64,000 nt of DNA. It comes from an uncultured Thermotogaceae bacterium (GTDB lineage: Bacteria > Thermotogota > Thermotogae > MWEM01). The first letter of the stretch is position 1. Every line of letters starts with the position of its first letter. The notes beneath the pieces were generated by a model. It was not told the origin of the DNA and searched no databases. It saw only the letters and a program-made list of their open reading frames with translations. Both the position numbers and the translations under genes were made by a program. Location: positions 181,297 through 245,296 of the forward strand of contig CAYWWY010000004.1 in NCBI GenBank assembly GCA_964462525.1, written 5' to 3'. Of this stretch, positions 1-9,681 are shown piece by piece.

Positions 1-1473
1 GGAAAAGCCTATCACCCCAATGGCAACCTGTGGTATGAGGGGGAGTGGAAAGAGGGGAAGCGAGAAGGGGAAGGCAAACAGTATAATGAAGGGGGAAATT
101 TCCTCTATGAGGGGCAATGGAAGGCCAATCGATTCCACGGTTTAGGGAAGTTGTATGACCCTGATGGGCATTTGATCTACGATGGCTCCTTTTCCGCCGG
201 GAGAGAAGATGGAGAGGGAAGGCAATATCGCCCGGAAGGAGGATTGTCCTACCAGGGACAGTGGAAGGAAGGGAATCCCCATGGACAAGGGATTAAATAC
301 CATGAGAATGGTTTGATCTGGTATGATGGCAGTTTTGAAGGTGGTCAGTCGCACGGATGCGGAAAGGCGTACTATGAAGAAGGGGGTTTGGCGTATCAGG
401 GAAACTGGAAGGATGGCCTACGCCACGGTGAAGGTAAACTATATAATGCTGATGGCCATTTGGAATACTTCGGGCAATGGAACCAGGGTGAGCCTGTTGC
501 TCAGTTTATCGAAGAAGAGGGAGAAAGAGAAGAAATGAGTTCAGTTCATAATTTGCCCTTAGAATCCCTCAGGCAACGTCTTCCAGAATTTGAAGTGACA
601 GATCAGAGAGAGGTCATCATTGATCTTGGGCAATGTCTCGCCTTTCACTTCACCCCGCTATCTCCGTTGGAAATTGATTGGAACCCTTTTGCTGCCACAT
701 TACGGCAATTTGAAGAAAACCCGGATCTCACCTATGATCAATCCATCTTAAAGTCCTATTACGACGCCTATCCAAGAGAAAACAAGCAACAGGCTTTTAT
801 GCTCCCCACTACAAACCCTTATCCCCCGCTTTGGGATCTGAAAGCCAGGGCTGCTTTTCCCATGCCCTGGACCCGCCCGGAGCAATACGCACGATTCTAT
901 TTAGGCGCTGGGTTCATCCAGTATGAAGGGAAGGCTCCTGCATTCTCTGAGAAAAATATCTCCGAAATCGAACGCATGGTCTACGATTTCAGCCGTTCCC
1001 AACCTTTGTCTCAGTGGGTGCCTGAGGATAAACCCTCTCTAGGTAATCCGATCCCTCGACCGGGCTTAGCCGAGTTTGGTCCTGTCGAGCAGGAGGAGGG
1101 CGAAGCGATCTTTAAAAAACTGCTCGATACCTATATCTGCATTCGCACCATCGGATACCTTCCCGCCTTGTTCAAAGGAAGTGTGGTATCAGGAACGCTT
1201 TTGCTTCAAGAGGGTGATTACAGGTTTGTAGTGGGTTCCGGGATGTTTCTTGTGGCAGCATTGGCGGCATGCGGCTATAAAACGATTTCTGCTGTCCTTT
1301 CTCAAGATACTTTCGGCGTGGTTTCATTCAGCGATATCAGCCAACTTCCCTACGTGAAGCGAGATGTTTACCCCTTAGATACGGCGCAAACCCTTTTTCT
1401 CCAAGCATTTTCTCCTTTCAGAGATAAGGGAAAAGATATTTCTATAGAAGAAGGAGGGACAGATGAGCAATAA
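1..1473 (+). CDS. MORN-repeat protein, 5'-truncated at the window edge (reading frame 1 is open from position 1), with a C-terminal domain of unknown function
   Basis: Tandem YxGxWKxGxxHGxGxxY MORN motifs are translated from position 1 onward. The ORF track shows 151..1473 in the same frame with no stop upstream. The C-terminal ~300 aa carry no recognisable motif. Confidence 0.7.
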   Translation, partial: GKAYHPNGNLWYEGEWKEGKREGEGKQYNEGGNFLYEGQWKANRFHGLGKLYDPDGHLIYDGSFSAGREDGEGRQYRPEGGLSYQGQWKEGNPHGQGIKYHENGLIWYDGSFEGGQSHGCGKAYYEEGGLAYQGNWKDGLRHGEGKLYNADGHLEYFGQWNQGEPVAQFIEEEGEREEMSSVHNLPLESLRQRLPEFEVTDQREVIIDLGQCLAFHFTPLSPLEIDWNPFAATLRQFEENPDLTYDQSILKSYYDAYPRENKQQAFMLPTTNPYPPLWDLKARAAFPMPWTRPEQYARFYLGAGFIQYEGKAPAFSEKNISEIERMVYDFSRSQPLSQWVPEDKPSLGNPIPRPGLAEFGPVEQEEGEAIFKKLLDTYICIRTIGYLPALFKGSVVSGTLLLQEGDYRFVVGSGMFLVAALAACGYKTISAVLSQDTFGVVSFSDISQLPYVKRDVYPLDTAQTLFLQAFSPFRDKGKDISIEEGGTDEQ

Positions 1474-3487
1474 AATGAGAAAAAAGAAGACAAAATCCTC
1501 CGACCCAATAGCTACTGTGACAGCCAAACCAGCCTTGTCTCTCTATACAAAAAACCTGGTTTTTCTTAAAGCTTTCGCACCGCAGCTTGCAACACGAGTT
1601 GAAAGTCTTCCCTCTACCCGGAAATACCAGGTTCAAAAAACGGGCCCAAAAAACCTATGGAACCTCACTCTACCCGACCGAAATGGTTTTTTCTATGACC
1701 TCAACGATCCCATCGAACAAACCCGTGAAGAACTGAAGAAACTGGACTTGAAAAACGCGAAGTGTGTGCTTTTTTTGGGCTGTGGCTTGGGTTACGAGAT
1801 CGATTGCTTTTTACAGGATCATTCTCAGAAAGCGCCCACAACCCATATGGTGATTGTGGAAAAGGAGTTGGAGGTTTTTGCTGCTTCCATGCAAGTTCAG
1901 GATTATGCCGCTATGGGAAAACTGCTTTCTTTGCATTTGGTAGTGGGAGAACCACAGGAGGAATTGTTTGGTAAAATGCAAGACCAGTTCTCAGCAGGGT
2001 ATAAGCTTGTTGTATTATTAAAAGCCATGAAACCTGTTTTCCTCATGCAAACGTTACAGAGAAACAAAGAATACTATCTCCAAGCTCTTAAGGCCTTTCG
2101 CGAAGCAGGAATATACCGGTTGAATAATTTCGGAAATTCCATCGAAGACTCTTTGATCGGTGTACAGAATATGCTGGAGAATATCAACGAGATCATCTAC
2201 AACCCCGGAATCAACCTATTGTTTGATCAGTTCAAGGGAAAACCCGCAATCGTAGCCTCTACAGGTCCTTCCCTCAATAAAACAAAGCACTTGTTGAAAG
2301 GGCTTGAGGAAAAAGCATTGATTATTGCGCCTGAGGCATCTTTACGGCCACTTATGGCAATCGGGGTAAAACCACACATGATTGTTTCGATTGAACGCAC
2401 CCCAGAGGTTGTGCCTTTGATGGAAGGTTTTCAAAAAGAAGAGGTGTGCGATGTATACTATTCGGCAACTCCTGTAATATTGAACAAAGCCTATCAAGCC
2501 TATCCAGGGCCAAGAATCATAGTATACCGGAATTTCGATCATTTCAAATGGCTTCAGATAGATCGTGGAATTTTGAATATCTCACATTCGACAGGGAATA
2601 TGTCCTTTGAAATCGCAGCCGCAATGGGATGTGATCCCATCATTTTGATTGGTCAGGATCTTGCTTATGGTCGGGAAGGAATTACTCACGCATCGGGAGT
2701 CTTTCATGATGACAAGCAGAAATTCAAGCAGGAAAACCGGATACAGGTGCCGGGCAATGATGGTGAACCCGTCTATACAAATCAATTATGGCAGCTCTTC
2801 CGAACCTCTTATGAATTGGCGTTGTCAAAATACCCTGGCACCTGTATCAACTGTTCTGAAGGAGGGGCCTATATAAAAGGCTCAACATTTATGCGCTTCG
2901 AAGAAGCCATACCGAAATACATCACAAAACCCTATTTTCCGCTTGAAAAGATCAAATCACACCTAAGCCACTTTTCTTCCAAGCAGGCAGAAGAGGATAG
3001 AAAGCGCGTCTTCCAGTTGGTATTGGGCGCAATCGATGTGATGGAGGGGATGTACCAATCTTGTGCAGAAGCAGTTCAAGCTTTGAAAGATTATGATTCG
3101 GAATTATTAGCCTTATTGAACCAAAAAGACTATTGCAAAGAGAATGAGGAACGGCTAAAGTATATTCATTCACACATCAATGGATTCAAACTTCAAGTAC
3201 AAAAAAACAAAGAAACTTTTCAGCTGTTATTTATGCACATTATTCAATCATTTTATTTAAATTTCGAAATAGAAATGAATGCTATACCGAATAAACATGA
3301 TGTTTCCATAAAAGCTTCCATCGAAACCATTCTTTCTCAAAAGAAATGGTTTGCTGTCATCGGAGACACCGCAAAACTCTGCATTGGGTTGCTTGAAAAA
3401 GCAAAAGAAGATATTGTTCATCCTTATAATTCTTCGGGTGTTCGAGAAGAGTCGTTTAATAATCCTTCAAATCCTCCAAAAAACTAG
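1463..3487 (+). CDS. Motility accessory factor (Maf, DUF115 / MptE-like), a putative flagellin nonulosonic-acid glycosyltransferase
   Basis: 674 aa. Its length and motifs (LFLGCGLGYEI Rossmann-like segment, IVASTGPSLNK, C-terminal helical region) match the Maf/DUF115 family of Campylobacter and Helicobacter glycosylation islands. Its start overlaps the MORN gene stop by 11 nt. Confidence 0.75.
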   Translation: MSNKMRKKKTKSSDPIATVTAKPALSLYTKNLVFLKAFAPQLATRVESLPSTRKYQVQKTGPKNLWNLTLPDRNGFFYDLNDPIEQTREELKKLDLKNAKCVLFLGCGLGYEIDCFLQDHSQKAPTTHMVIVEKELEVFAASMQVQDYAAMGKLLSLHLVVGEPQEELFGKMQDQFSAGYKLVVLLKAMKPVFLMQTLQRNKEYYLQALKAFREAGIYRLNNFGNSIEDSLIGVQNMLENINEIIYNPGINLLFDQFKGKPAIVASTGPSLNKTKHLLKGLEEKALIIAPEASLRPLMAIGVKPHMIVSIERTPEVVPLMEGFQKEEVCDVYYSATPVILNKAYQAYPGPRIIVYRNFDHFKWLQIDRGILNISHSTGNMSFEIAAAMGCDPIILIGQDLAYGREGITHASGVFHDDKQKFKQENRIQVPGNDGEPVYTNQLWQLFRTSYELALSKYPGTCINCSEGGAYIKGSTFMRFEEAIPKYITKPYFPLEKIKSHLSHFSSKQAEEDRKRVFQLVLGAIDVMEGMYQSCAEAVQALKDYDSELLALLNQKDYCKENEERLKYIHSHINGFKLQVQKNKETFQLLFMHIIQSFYLNFEIEMNAIPNKHDVSIKASIETILSQKKWFAVIGDTAKLCIGLLEKAKEDIVHPYNSSGVREESFNNPSNPPKN

Positions 3488-4794
3488 TTCAACCGTTGAA
3501 AACCGCTATGACAGATTGGCCCTTTGAGGGCTTTCTTTTCTTGGTTTTGGGTTACCAAACGCTTAATTTCCGAAAAACTCTCTAATACCGCTTGCTTATA
3601 TTTTGCAATCGTTTCTTCGTTATGTGCAAAAGAGGCATAAAAAGCAGTGGAAGCAAGAAACCCTTTTTCGAGCATGAGTTGGGTGAAGAGGGTTTTCAGT
3701 ACTGAAGGCTCTGGGCAATCGAATCCGAAACGGCACAATGGGTCGATTCCGGAGATAAGGATTGAAAGACTCGCCTGGTCTGCGGCTTGAGCCCATATCT
3801 TTTTAATGGCTTTGCCTGCTTGGATCAATTTCGCTTGTGCCTTTGTTTTTCCCATCTTTTTAATGGTGGCTAAGGCTGCTGATGGGCCAATTCGATCGGT
3901 CCAGTAGGTGCTGCTGATGAATGAGTCTTGGGCTTTTTGCATGATCCCTCTTTTTCCAATGACGGCTGCCATGGGAAAGCCGTTGCTGATGCCTTTTGCA
4001 AAGATAGCGATGTCTGGTTTGTATTCATAGAGAAGGTGCGCTCCGCCCAAGCAAAGGCGAAATCCCGCGGTGATCTCGTCGATAACTAGAGGAATCTGGT
4101 TTTCTTGGGCGATCTGATTGACGGCTTGGAGAAAGTCTGGTCTGGGGTCGGTATTGCGTAGAGGTTCCATGACAATAGCCCCGATCCGATGTCGGTGGGT
4201 GCGCCATAGGTTGAGAAATTCTTGGGTGTCGTTGAAGTGAAAGGGAATGGCCGTTCCTTTCAATCCCCGGGGTACTCCAAGGGGTAGAAGGCCTGGGAGC
4301 AAGTGGCCATCCAGGGCTGCTTGGTCGGAAAGGTTGGAGGCCAAGTACCAGTCGCTCCATCCGTGGTAGCCGCAGAAGAGAATGGTGTCTTTTCGGGAGA
4401 AGGCCCGCGCTATGCGAACAGCGATAGCCATGGCCTCCCCTCCGCTCCGAGCATACCGTACCATCTGGGCCCAGGGATGGAGGCCGATCAGAAGCTCGGC
4501 CAGCTCCACTTCTTCGGGAGGGTTGAGTGTGTTCATGTTACCCTTTCCCACTGCTTCTATCACGGCAGTGTTGACCTCCTGGTCGGCATATCCGAGCGGG
4601 CAGGCTCCGATACCCATATAGCTGAAATCGTAATAATGATTATTATCCAGGTCCCAAACTTCGCATCCTTCGGAACGGCTGTAGTAAGCGGGCCATATGT
4701 CAGGGAGGAACATTTCCGGACGCTTGGAGAGGAGCTGGGTTCCGCCGGGTATGATAGTTTTGGCTTTTCGGTACAGGTCTTGTCCTTTGCCCAT
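3484..4794 (-). CDS. Class-III PLP aminotransferase (glutamate-1-semialdehyde 2,1-aminomutase-like)
   Basis: 436 aa. The GSA-AT family pattern is present, including the FAKGISNGFP PLP-lysine segment and a GYHGW motif. It is convergent with the Maf gene. Confidence 0.8.
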   Translation of the reverse strand: MGKGQDLYRKAKTIIPGGTQLLSKRPEMFLPDIWPAYYSRSEGCEVWDLDNNHYYDFSYMGIGACPLGYADQEVNTAVIEAVGKGNMNTLNPPEEVELAELLIGLHPWAQMVRYARSGGEAMAIAVRIARAFSRKDTILFCGYHGWSDWYLASNLSDQAALDGHLLPGLLPLGVPRGLKGTAIPFHFNDTQEFLNLWRTHRHRIGAIVMEPLRNTDPRPDFLQAVNQIAQENQIPLVIDEITAGFRLCLGGAHLLYEYKPDIAIFAKGISNGFPMAAVIGKRGIMQKAQDSFISSTYWTDRIGPSAALATIKKMGKTKAQAKLIQAGKAIKKIWAQAADQASLSILISGIDPLCRFGFDCPEPSVLKTLFTQLMLEKGFLASTAFYASFAHNEETIAKYKQAVLESFSEIKRLVTQNQEKKALKGPICHSGFQRLN

Positions 4795-4808
4795 TTTAAT
4801 GTGCCTCC

Positions 4809-6125
4809 TTAGATGGTTCTTTCGTCTTCCAAAGATTTTTTCAACCCTTCGTTGATGGGGATATGGATATTTTGCCCAGCTTCATGAGGATGGGACTTGA
4901 TCCACTTCAGGATTTCATCCATTCCAAAATACCTTCCTTCTTTTCCTAAGTCTTGAAAAATCTTCTGAATCAAATCGAAATCTTCCTGCTGATCGACTGT
5001 CCATCGCAGATGGCTGTAATTGGCTTGATCCAGTGCCACGTTTATCTTTCGCATATGCTTTCTCAAGTAAGGGGTGACATGTTCCCGATCAGACTTCATG
5101 GTGGCTTTTTGATTGGCTTGCTCCAAAGCATGGATACTAAAGACTTCCGTATCCAAACCATCGGGGTACGTGAGAAAGTCTATATTCGATGCGTAGTCCA
5201 CATTTTGCGCGTTATCTTGGTACACTTCTACGACCCGGTCAATGACCTCGGGGTCGATCAAAGGGCAATCTCCGGTTATCCGGACTAAGATCTGGGCCCG
5301 ATATGCTTTGGCGGCTTCGTAAAAGCGAGTAAGCACATCGTTCAGGTCCCCCCGATAGTAGGGGATTGCGTGATGCTCGCACAATTGAACCAGAGGGTTG
5401 TCGGAAGGATCCACAGATGTGGCAATGATGGTCTGGTGAACTGATCGGGCTTTTCGTACGCGATCGTAAACCTGCTGAATCATGGGTTTCCTCCCCAGCT
5501 CCTTGAGCACCTTACCTGGAAGCCGTGAGGAGCTGCACCGAGCCTGGATAATGGCTACCACTTTTTTTCCATATACCAGCCATCGTTGGCGTGTGATCGA
5601 CATGAACAAAGAATCGACATACTGTCCTTGAACGAGCTGATCCTGGCATTTTTTGCCCTCTTCCTGAAAACCGATTTTTCGGTAGATGGCGCTTGCTGAA
5701 GGGTTTGTTTCCAACACACCGAGATAGACCCGGTTCAAGTTCAGAATGGAGAAAGCGTAATCGACCACCAATTTTGTCGTTTGGGTTGCATATCCCTTTC
5801 CCCAGGAGGCTCTGTCTCCTATGAGGATTCCATAATCAGCCTTTCGGTTGATCCAGTCGATGTGATCGAGTTTAACGTTGCCGATGTGGCGGTTTTGGTC
5901 TTTCCGGTAGATGGCGAAGGTGATGCGGTAAGCATGGTTCGATGATGCAATGAAGCTTTGCACATCTTCTAGGGATTGCGGAGTTTTTCCGCTGACCAAA
6001 GTTCGTGTGACCTGCTCGTCGTTCATCCAGTCTACGTAGGTTTCTGTACATTCCTTTTGGGTTAGTTTTTTCAGACCGATCGATTCCGTTTCCAGGAAAT
6101 ACATCATTGGTTCCTCCCTTACCAT
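4809..6125 (-). CDS. Bifunctional GNAT N-acetyltransferase / CMP-nonulosonate cytidylyltransferase fusion (PseH-like plus PseF/NeuA-like)
   Basis: The N-terminal ~180 aa form a GNAT fold (RimL-like). The C-terminal ~250 aa begin VVAIIQARCSSSRLPGKVL, the acylneuraminate cytidylyltransferase (CMP-NeuAc/CMP-Pse synthetase) signature. Confidence 0.8.
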   Translation of the reverse strand: MVREEPMMYFLETESIGLKKLTQKECTETYVDWMNDEQVTRTLVSGKTPQSLEDVQSFIASSNHAYRITFAIYRKDQNRHIGNVKLDHIDWINRKADYGILIGDRASWGKGYATQTTKLVVDYAFSILNLNRVYLGVLETNPSASAIYRKIGFQEEGKKCQDQLVQGQYVDSLFMSITRQRWLVYGKKVVAIIQARCSSSRLPGKVLKELGRKPMIQQVYDRVRKARSVHQTIIATSVDPSDNPLVQLCEHHAIPYYRGDLNDVLTRFYEAAKAYRAQILVRITGDCPLIDPEVIDRVVEVYQDNAQNVDYASNIDFLTYPDGLDTEVFSIHALEQANQKATMKSDREHVTPYLRKHMRKINVALDQANYSHLRWTVDQQEDFDLIQKIFQDLGKEGRYFGMDEILKWIKSHPHEAGQNIHIPINEGLKKSLEDERTI

Positions 6126-7051
6126 TGTCTCGGATCGATGATATTGGTGGGAATGTCTGAAAAGACTTCCTTTTGTTTATGGATGGCCAGGCTTGGCACC
6201 TTATGAAGGGTATTCCAGACTTGGATGTTCTTTTTTAACTGTTCTTCCCTCTCCACACCGATTAAAACGCTGTCGATTTCGCGGAACTGTGCAACGAAGG
6301 CCATAGCTAATTGTTGAATAGAACAACCATATTCTATCGTCATCTCTTGTAGTTTCTTGAGATAAGGAGTTGCGTTTCTCAGTTTTTCGGGCAGGATTTC
6401 CTTGGAAAGGAAGAAGAAGCCTTGGAGATATATGCTTCGAGCGTAGATGGTCCACCCCTGATCTTTCATCCTCTGAAGAAGCTGGTTACGGAGGAACCTG
6501 TGGTCAAAGAGATTGAGTGGGATCTGAATGGAACGAATGGGTTCGATTGCTTTGGTCTTTTTAAGGAGATACTCTGCCTCCTGTGGCTCGTAGACTGATA
6601 TGCCTGCATGAAGGATCTTCCCCTTTTCTTGGGCTTGATGAAAGGCTTGGACGATTTCTGCCTGATACCGGAGGATGTCATGAAAGTCATGGAGCATAGC
6701 AAGAGACAGTTGTGGAAGGCCCATAGACACAATAGAAGCATTGATGCTGCGATGAATATTGTCTTCTACCCGTTCGGAAAGTGTTTTTTCTTTAGATAGA
6801 GATGCGATTTTGGTCCCGATCCAAAGATTCGGGATGTACTCAGGATGTTTTTCTAAAAATGCTCCTATACGGGATTCACTCTGGCCGTATGTGGAAGCTG
6901 TGTCCCAAGAGGTAATACCTTGATCAATAGCCAGGGCTAGGATTCGAAAGACCTCTTCTTGTACTGGCATCCCTTGAAAGTTTGCAATACCATAAGACAG
7001 GCCCAATTGAGCGGTACCCAATGTGAGCAATGAAATTTTCGGCTTTTGCAT
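6119..7051 (-). CDS. Aldo/keto reductase family oxidoreductase
   Basis: 310 aa with an AKR N-terminal pattern (LGTAQLG...YG, DTASTYG). It overlaps the neighbouring gene by 7 nt. Confidence 0.8.
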   Translation of the reverse strand: MQKPKISLLTLGTAQLGLSYGIANFQGMPVQEEVFRILALAIDQGITSWDTASTYGQSESRIGAFLEKHPEYIPNLWIGTKIASLSKEKTLSERVEDNIHRSINASIVSMGLPQLSLAMLHDFHDILRYQAEIVQAFHQAQEKGKILHAGISVYEPQEAEYLLKKTKAIEPIRSIQIPLNLFDHRFLRNQLLQRMKDQGWTIYARSIYLQGFFFLSKEILPEKLRNATPYLKKLQEMTIEYGCSIQQLAMAFVAQFREIDSVLIGVEREEQLKKNIQVWNTLHKVPSLAIHKQKEVFSDIPTNIIDPRQW

Positions 7052-7075
7052 ATTCCTTTTCTTTCTTCCCTTCTT

Positions 7076-7846
7076 TCATTCTTCCTTTTCTAGTTGAATG
7101 CCAATGGAAAGAAAGTATTTCTTCCCTTCTTCCAAAAACCAAGCATTTTGATAAGGAGGAAATGTTAGTGCCCTCAATAGGTTGATCCATTCTCGAGCAG
7201 TCTGTCTTTGATCCATCCGGATATGGAGAAGCTCTAAAAAATCGCTATGAGTGTGGTGGGTCCCTTCCTCAAGTGGTGTAAAAGGTGTGATTTTTCTTTG
7301 GAGATATGGGATCAAGGCCTTCTCTAAAACTTTAATCGAAGTGCGTTCCAGCTTGTGGTAAAGCGTTTTTGCGTTATCATCTGGTTCCACAGGCACTTTT
7401 TCTCTGTAGACAATTGGTCCTTGGTCTATCTTAGGGGTCATGATATGAAGGGTAACTCCCGCAGGAGAACCGTCGATCAGTGGCCATACATTCGGGTGCT
7501 TTCCTTTATTCCATGGAAGGTATCCGGTATGAAGATTCAGCGCATTTTCAAAAAGGACTAAAACCCTTTCTGGGATCAGATACCCAAAGTTTACTGAAAG
7601 TAAGATATCCGTATCTTGCTCTTTGATTGCTTGGACTATTTTATCCTGGGACTTTTTTTCCCAAGTGATAACGGAAATACCCTTATTTTCAGCAATCTCC
7701 TTGATTTCTCGAAGGCGTTGGGCATTTTTCTCTGGATGCACTAATAGCGCTTTGATAATGATTGTATCGCATTGCAAGAGGTATCGGAATGAAATGAGCC
7801 CATTGGTATTGTTTATCGCCAAAAGGATAGCAACCTTATCCGACAT
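7076..7846 (-). CDS. Sugar N-formyltransferase (formyl_trans_N fold)
   Basis: The NLHTGYLPWNKGKHP segment matches the N-x-H-x-S-L-L-P catalytic loop of Fmt/GART-type formyltransferases. A downstream KIDQGPIV segment supplies the catalytic Asp. Confidence 0.7.
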   Translation of the reverse strand: MSDKVAILLAINNTNGLISFRYLLQCDTIIIKALLVHPEKNAQRLREIKEIAENKGISVITWEKKSQDKIVQAIKEQDTDILLSVNFGYLIPERVLVLFENALNLHTGYLPWNKGKHPNVWPLIDGSPAGVTLHIMTPKIDQGPIVYREKVPVEPDDNAKTLYHKLERTSIKVLEKALIPYLQRKITPFTPLEEGTHHTHSDFLELLHIRMDQRQTAREWINLLRALTFPPYQNAWFLEEGKKYFLSIGIQLEKEE

Positions 7847-7850
7847 CTTG

Positions 7851-8531
7851 TCATTGAACCTTCCGAATCAAGATCAAAGGTTCAGCATACTGCAATCCCA
7901 CGCGGTTACCCCAATATTGGGCGTGATTGATAACTGAACCCAAAGATCGGGAATGGGGGTAGGGTTTCATTTCTGAAGCGTAGTGGGAAAGGGCTTTGAT
8001 CTTTTTCTGGATCGTGGTTTTGACATCAACATAGACATTTGGAGAAAAAGATGGTTGCGTTTGAGGTTCGAGCCAGTCTGTCGATGACGGAATGAAAAAC
8101 GAATAGATATCCGGGTGATCCGTTCCGTTCTGTGGTCGGCACGAGGTCATGACTGCCTGGAAAGTGATTCTGTGGTCGATGTTGAGGTCGTGGGAGAAGT
8201 GTGTCATGATAATGGTTGGTTTGTAAGAGGCAATCTCTTTTTCCACGGCTTTGACCACTTCTAAAAGGGGCAGTCGATCCATTGCATTGTCGGGGAAGTC
8301 TAAGAATTTGATTTCGCCAATCCCCAGGTATTTATTAGCCGCTTGCGCATCGGACCGCAATGATTCTAAAGGGCTGTATGTAGAACCTTGCTGTTGATCC
8401 CGAGAGAGCAGGCCAGTGGCGAGGATCAAGCTTTTGGCCATTGCGCCTTCTTCAATCCATCGGCATACGGTTGCTCCCACTCCCAGAAGTTCGTCGTCGG
8501 GATGTGCCGCTATGATCAGGATCTTATTCAT
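7851..8531 (-). CDS. LmbE/PIG-L family N-acetylglucosaminyl deacetylase
   Basis: AHPDDELLG zinc-binding motif. The true start is most likely the internal MNKILIIAAHPDDE (ATG at 8531); the longer track ORF (to 8678) overlaps the upstream gene by 155 nt. Confidence 0.75.
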   Translation of the reverse strand: MNKILIIAAHPDDELLGVGATVCRWIEEGAMAKSLILATGLLSRDQQQGSTYSPLESLRSDAQAANKYLGIGEIKFLDFPDNAMDRLPLLEVVKAVEKEIASYKPTIIMTHFSHDLNIDHRITFQAVMTSCRPQNGTDHPDIYSFFIPSSTDWLEPQTQPSFSPNVYVDVKTTIQKKIKALSHYASEMKPYPHSRSLGSVINHAQYWGNRVGLQYAEPLILIRKVQ

Positions 8532-9216
8532 CCTTTTCCCCTTTTTTTGGTCGAATCCGAACACGGGCTTCGATTGATCCGTTGCGTAGGGTGGCATGAT
8601 TGATTTCAAAACGAAAGCAATCCGTTTCAAGGTAGGCGGGTGGATATCCTTCAGCATCGAGCATGCGAATATGGTCATATATACTTACCAAATCTTTATT
8701 TCCTCTTAGGTTGCTTTCTTTCGGCGTTCTCCTTGGAAAGGTCGTTACCTTGCCTTTCTGAGGTTGGGGGACGATCGTTTCTTGGATCAATCGAGGGATC
8801 ATTTTCTGGAAAATGATTTCTGAAGCTCGTATATAAATCTCTTCAGCAGATCCATAAAGAGATAGCTCTTCTTTCATGTAAATTGGCCCGGCGTCTATCT
8901 CTCTAACTACGCGGATGGCTGAAATCTTTGTTTGGTAAATTCCTCTGCTGATAAGATTTTGTAATGGGCTCCCCCCTCTACCGAAAGGCAAATCGGTCAT
9001 ATGGAATACGATGCACTCAAAAGTGTCGTAAACCGACTTTGGAATGATCCATGACCAATGAGGAAAGAAGATCTTTTCTGGGCTGGATATTTCAGCAGTT
9101 TCCTTCAGAGTTTCCTTGTCTTGTATAATATCGAAGTCGTGCTCAGGAAAGAGAGCTTGGAGTTTCTTTGCTTGCTCCAGGTTCCACGATTTGGTTGTGG
9201 CAATGAGATATCGCAC
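8524..9216 (-). CDS. Second formyltransferase-fold protein (sugar N-formyltransferase-like, N-terminal catalytic domain only)
   Basis: IVFHMTDLPFGRGGSP segment (HxSLLPxxRG-type loop) and a VVREIDAGPIY Asp motif. 230 aa. Confidence 0.65.
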   Translation of the reverse strand: MRYLIATTKSWNLEQAKKLQALFPEHDFDIIQDKETLKETAEISSPEKIFFPHWSWIIPKSVYDTFECIVFHMTDLPFGRGGSPLQNLISRGIYQTKISAIRVVREIDAGPIYMKEELSLYGSAEEIYIRASEIIFQKMIPRLIQETIVPQPQKGKVTTFPRRTPKESNLRGNKDLVSIYDHIRMLDAEGYPPAYLETDCFRFEINHATLRNGSIEARVRIRPKKGEKDE

Positions 9217-9681
9217 TGGTTACCTTCTTTCTCTTGACGGTCCATGCTTTCCAAAAGCAATCCGGCGGGCCTTCTCCCTTTGACTTAATGCAGAATATGA
9301 AACCCCTTCCTATCGCCCTCAAATACTCTTTTTTTCATTCAGACCGGCTTTACCCTTTTCTTTCAAAGACATTTTTGGATCGGATGTTGAAAGGCATTTT
9401 CGGTTTCTGTTTGATTAAAAAAACCCCAGGATTCGTCCATGGTATGGCTCAGTACACTCGTGATTTTCGGAAGCCAAGTCCAGATAATGGCCTTGTCCAA
9501 ACTTATTATATCACACCGTCCGATCAATCCCATCGGTAAATAAAACAGAGAATCCAAACGGGTGCTAGAAAGAGCAGACAGAAGGGAGGACTTTGGGAAA
9601 ATGACAGTGAAGCCGCGGTTGGATGGAGCAGGCTGGTCCACGAGATCGGATCGTTGGATTGTTGAAATGGATTGTTACAGT

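Noticed and set aside
3484-3600. Terminator-like hairpin (GCCCTTTGAGGGC followed by a T-rich run) at the convergent Maf / aminotransferase junction
   Set aside because: It lies inside the predicted 3' end of the minus-strand aminotransferase ORF. The stem is short (4 bp) and the U-tract is interrupted, so I could not support it confidently.
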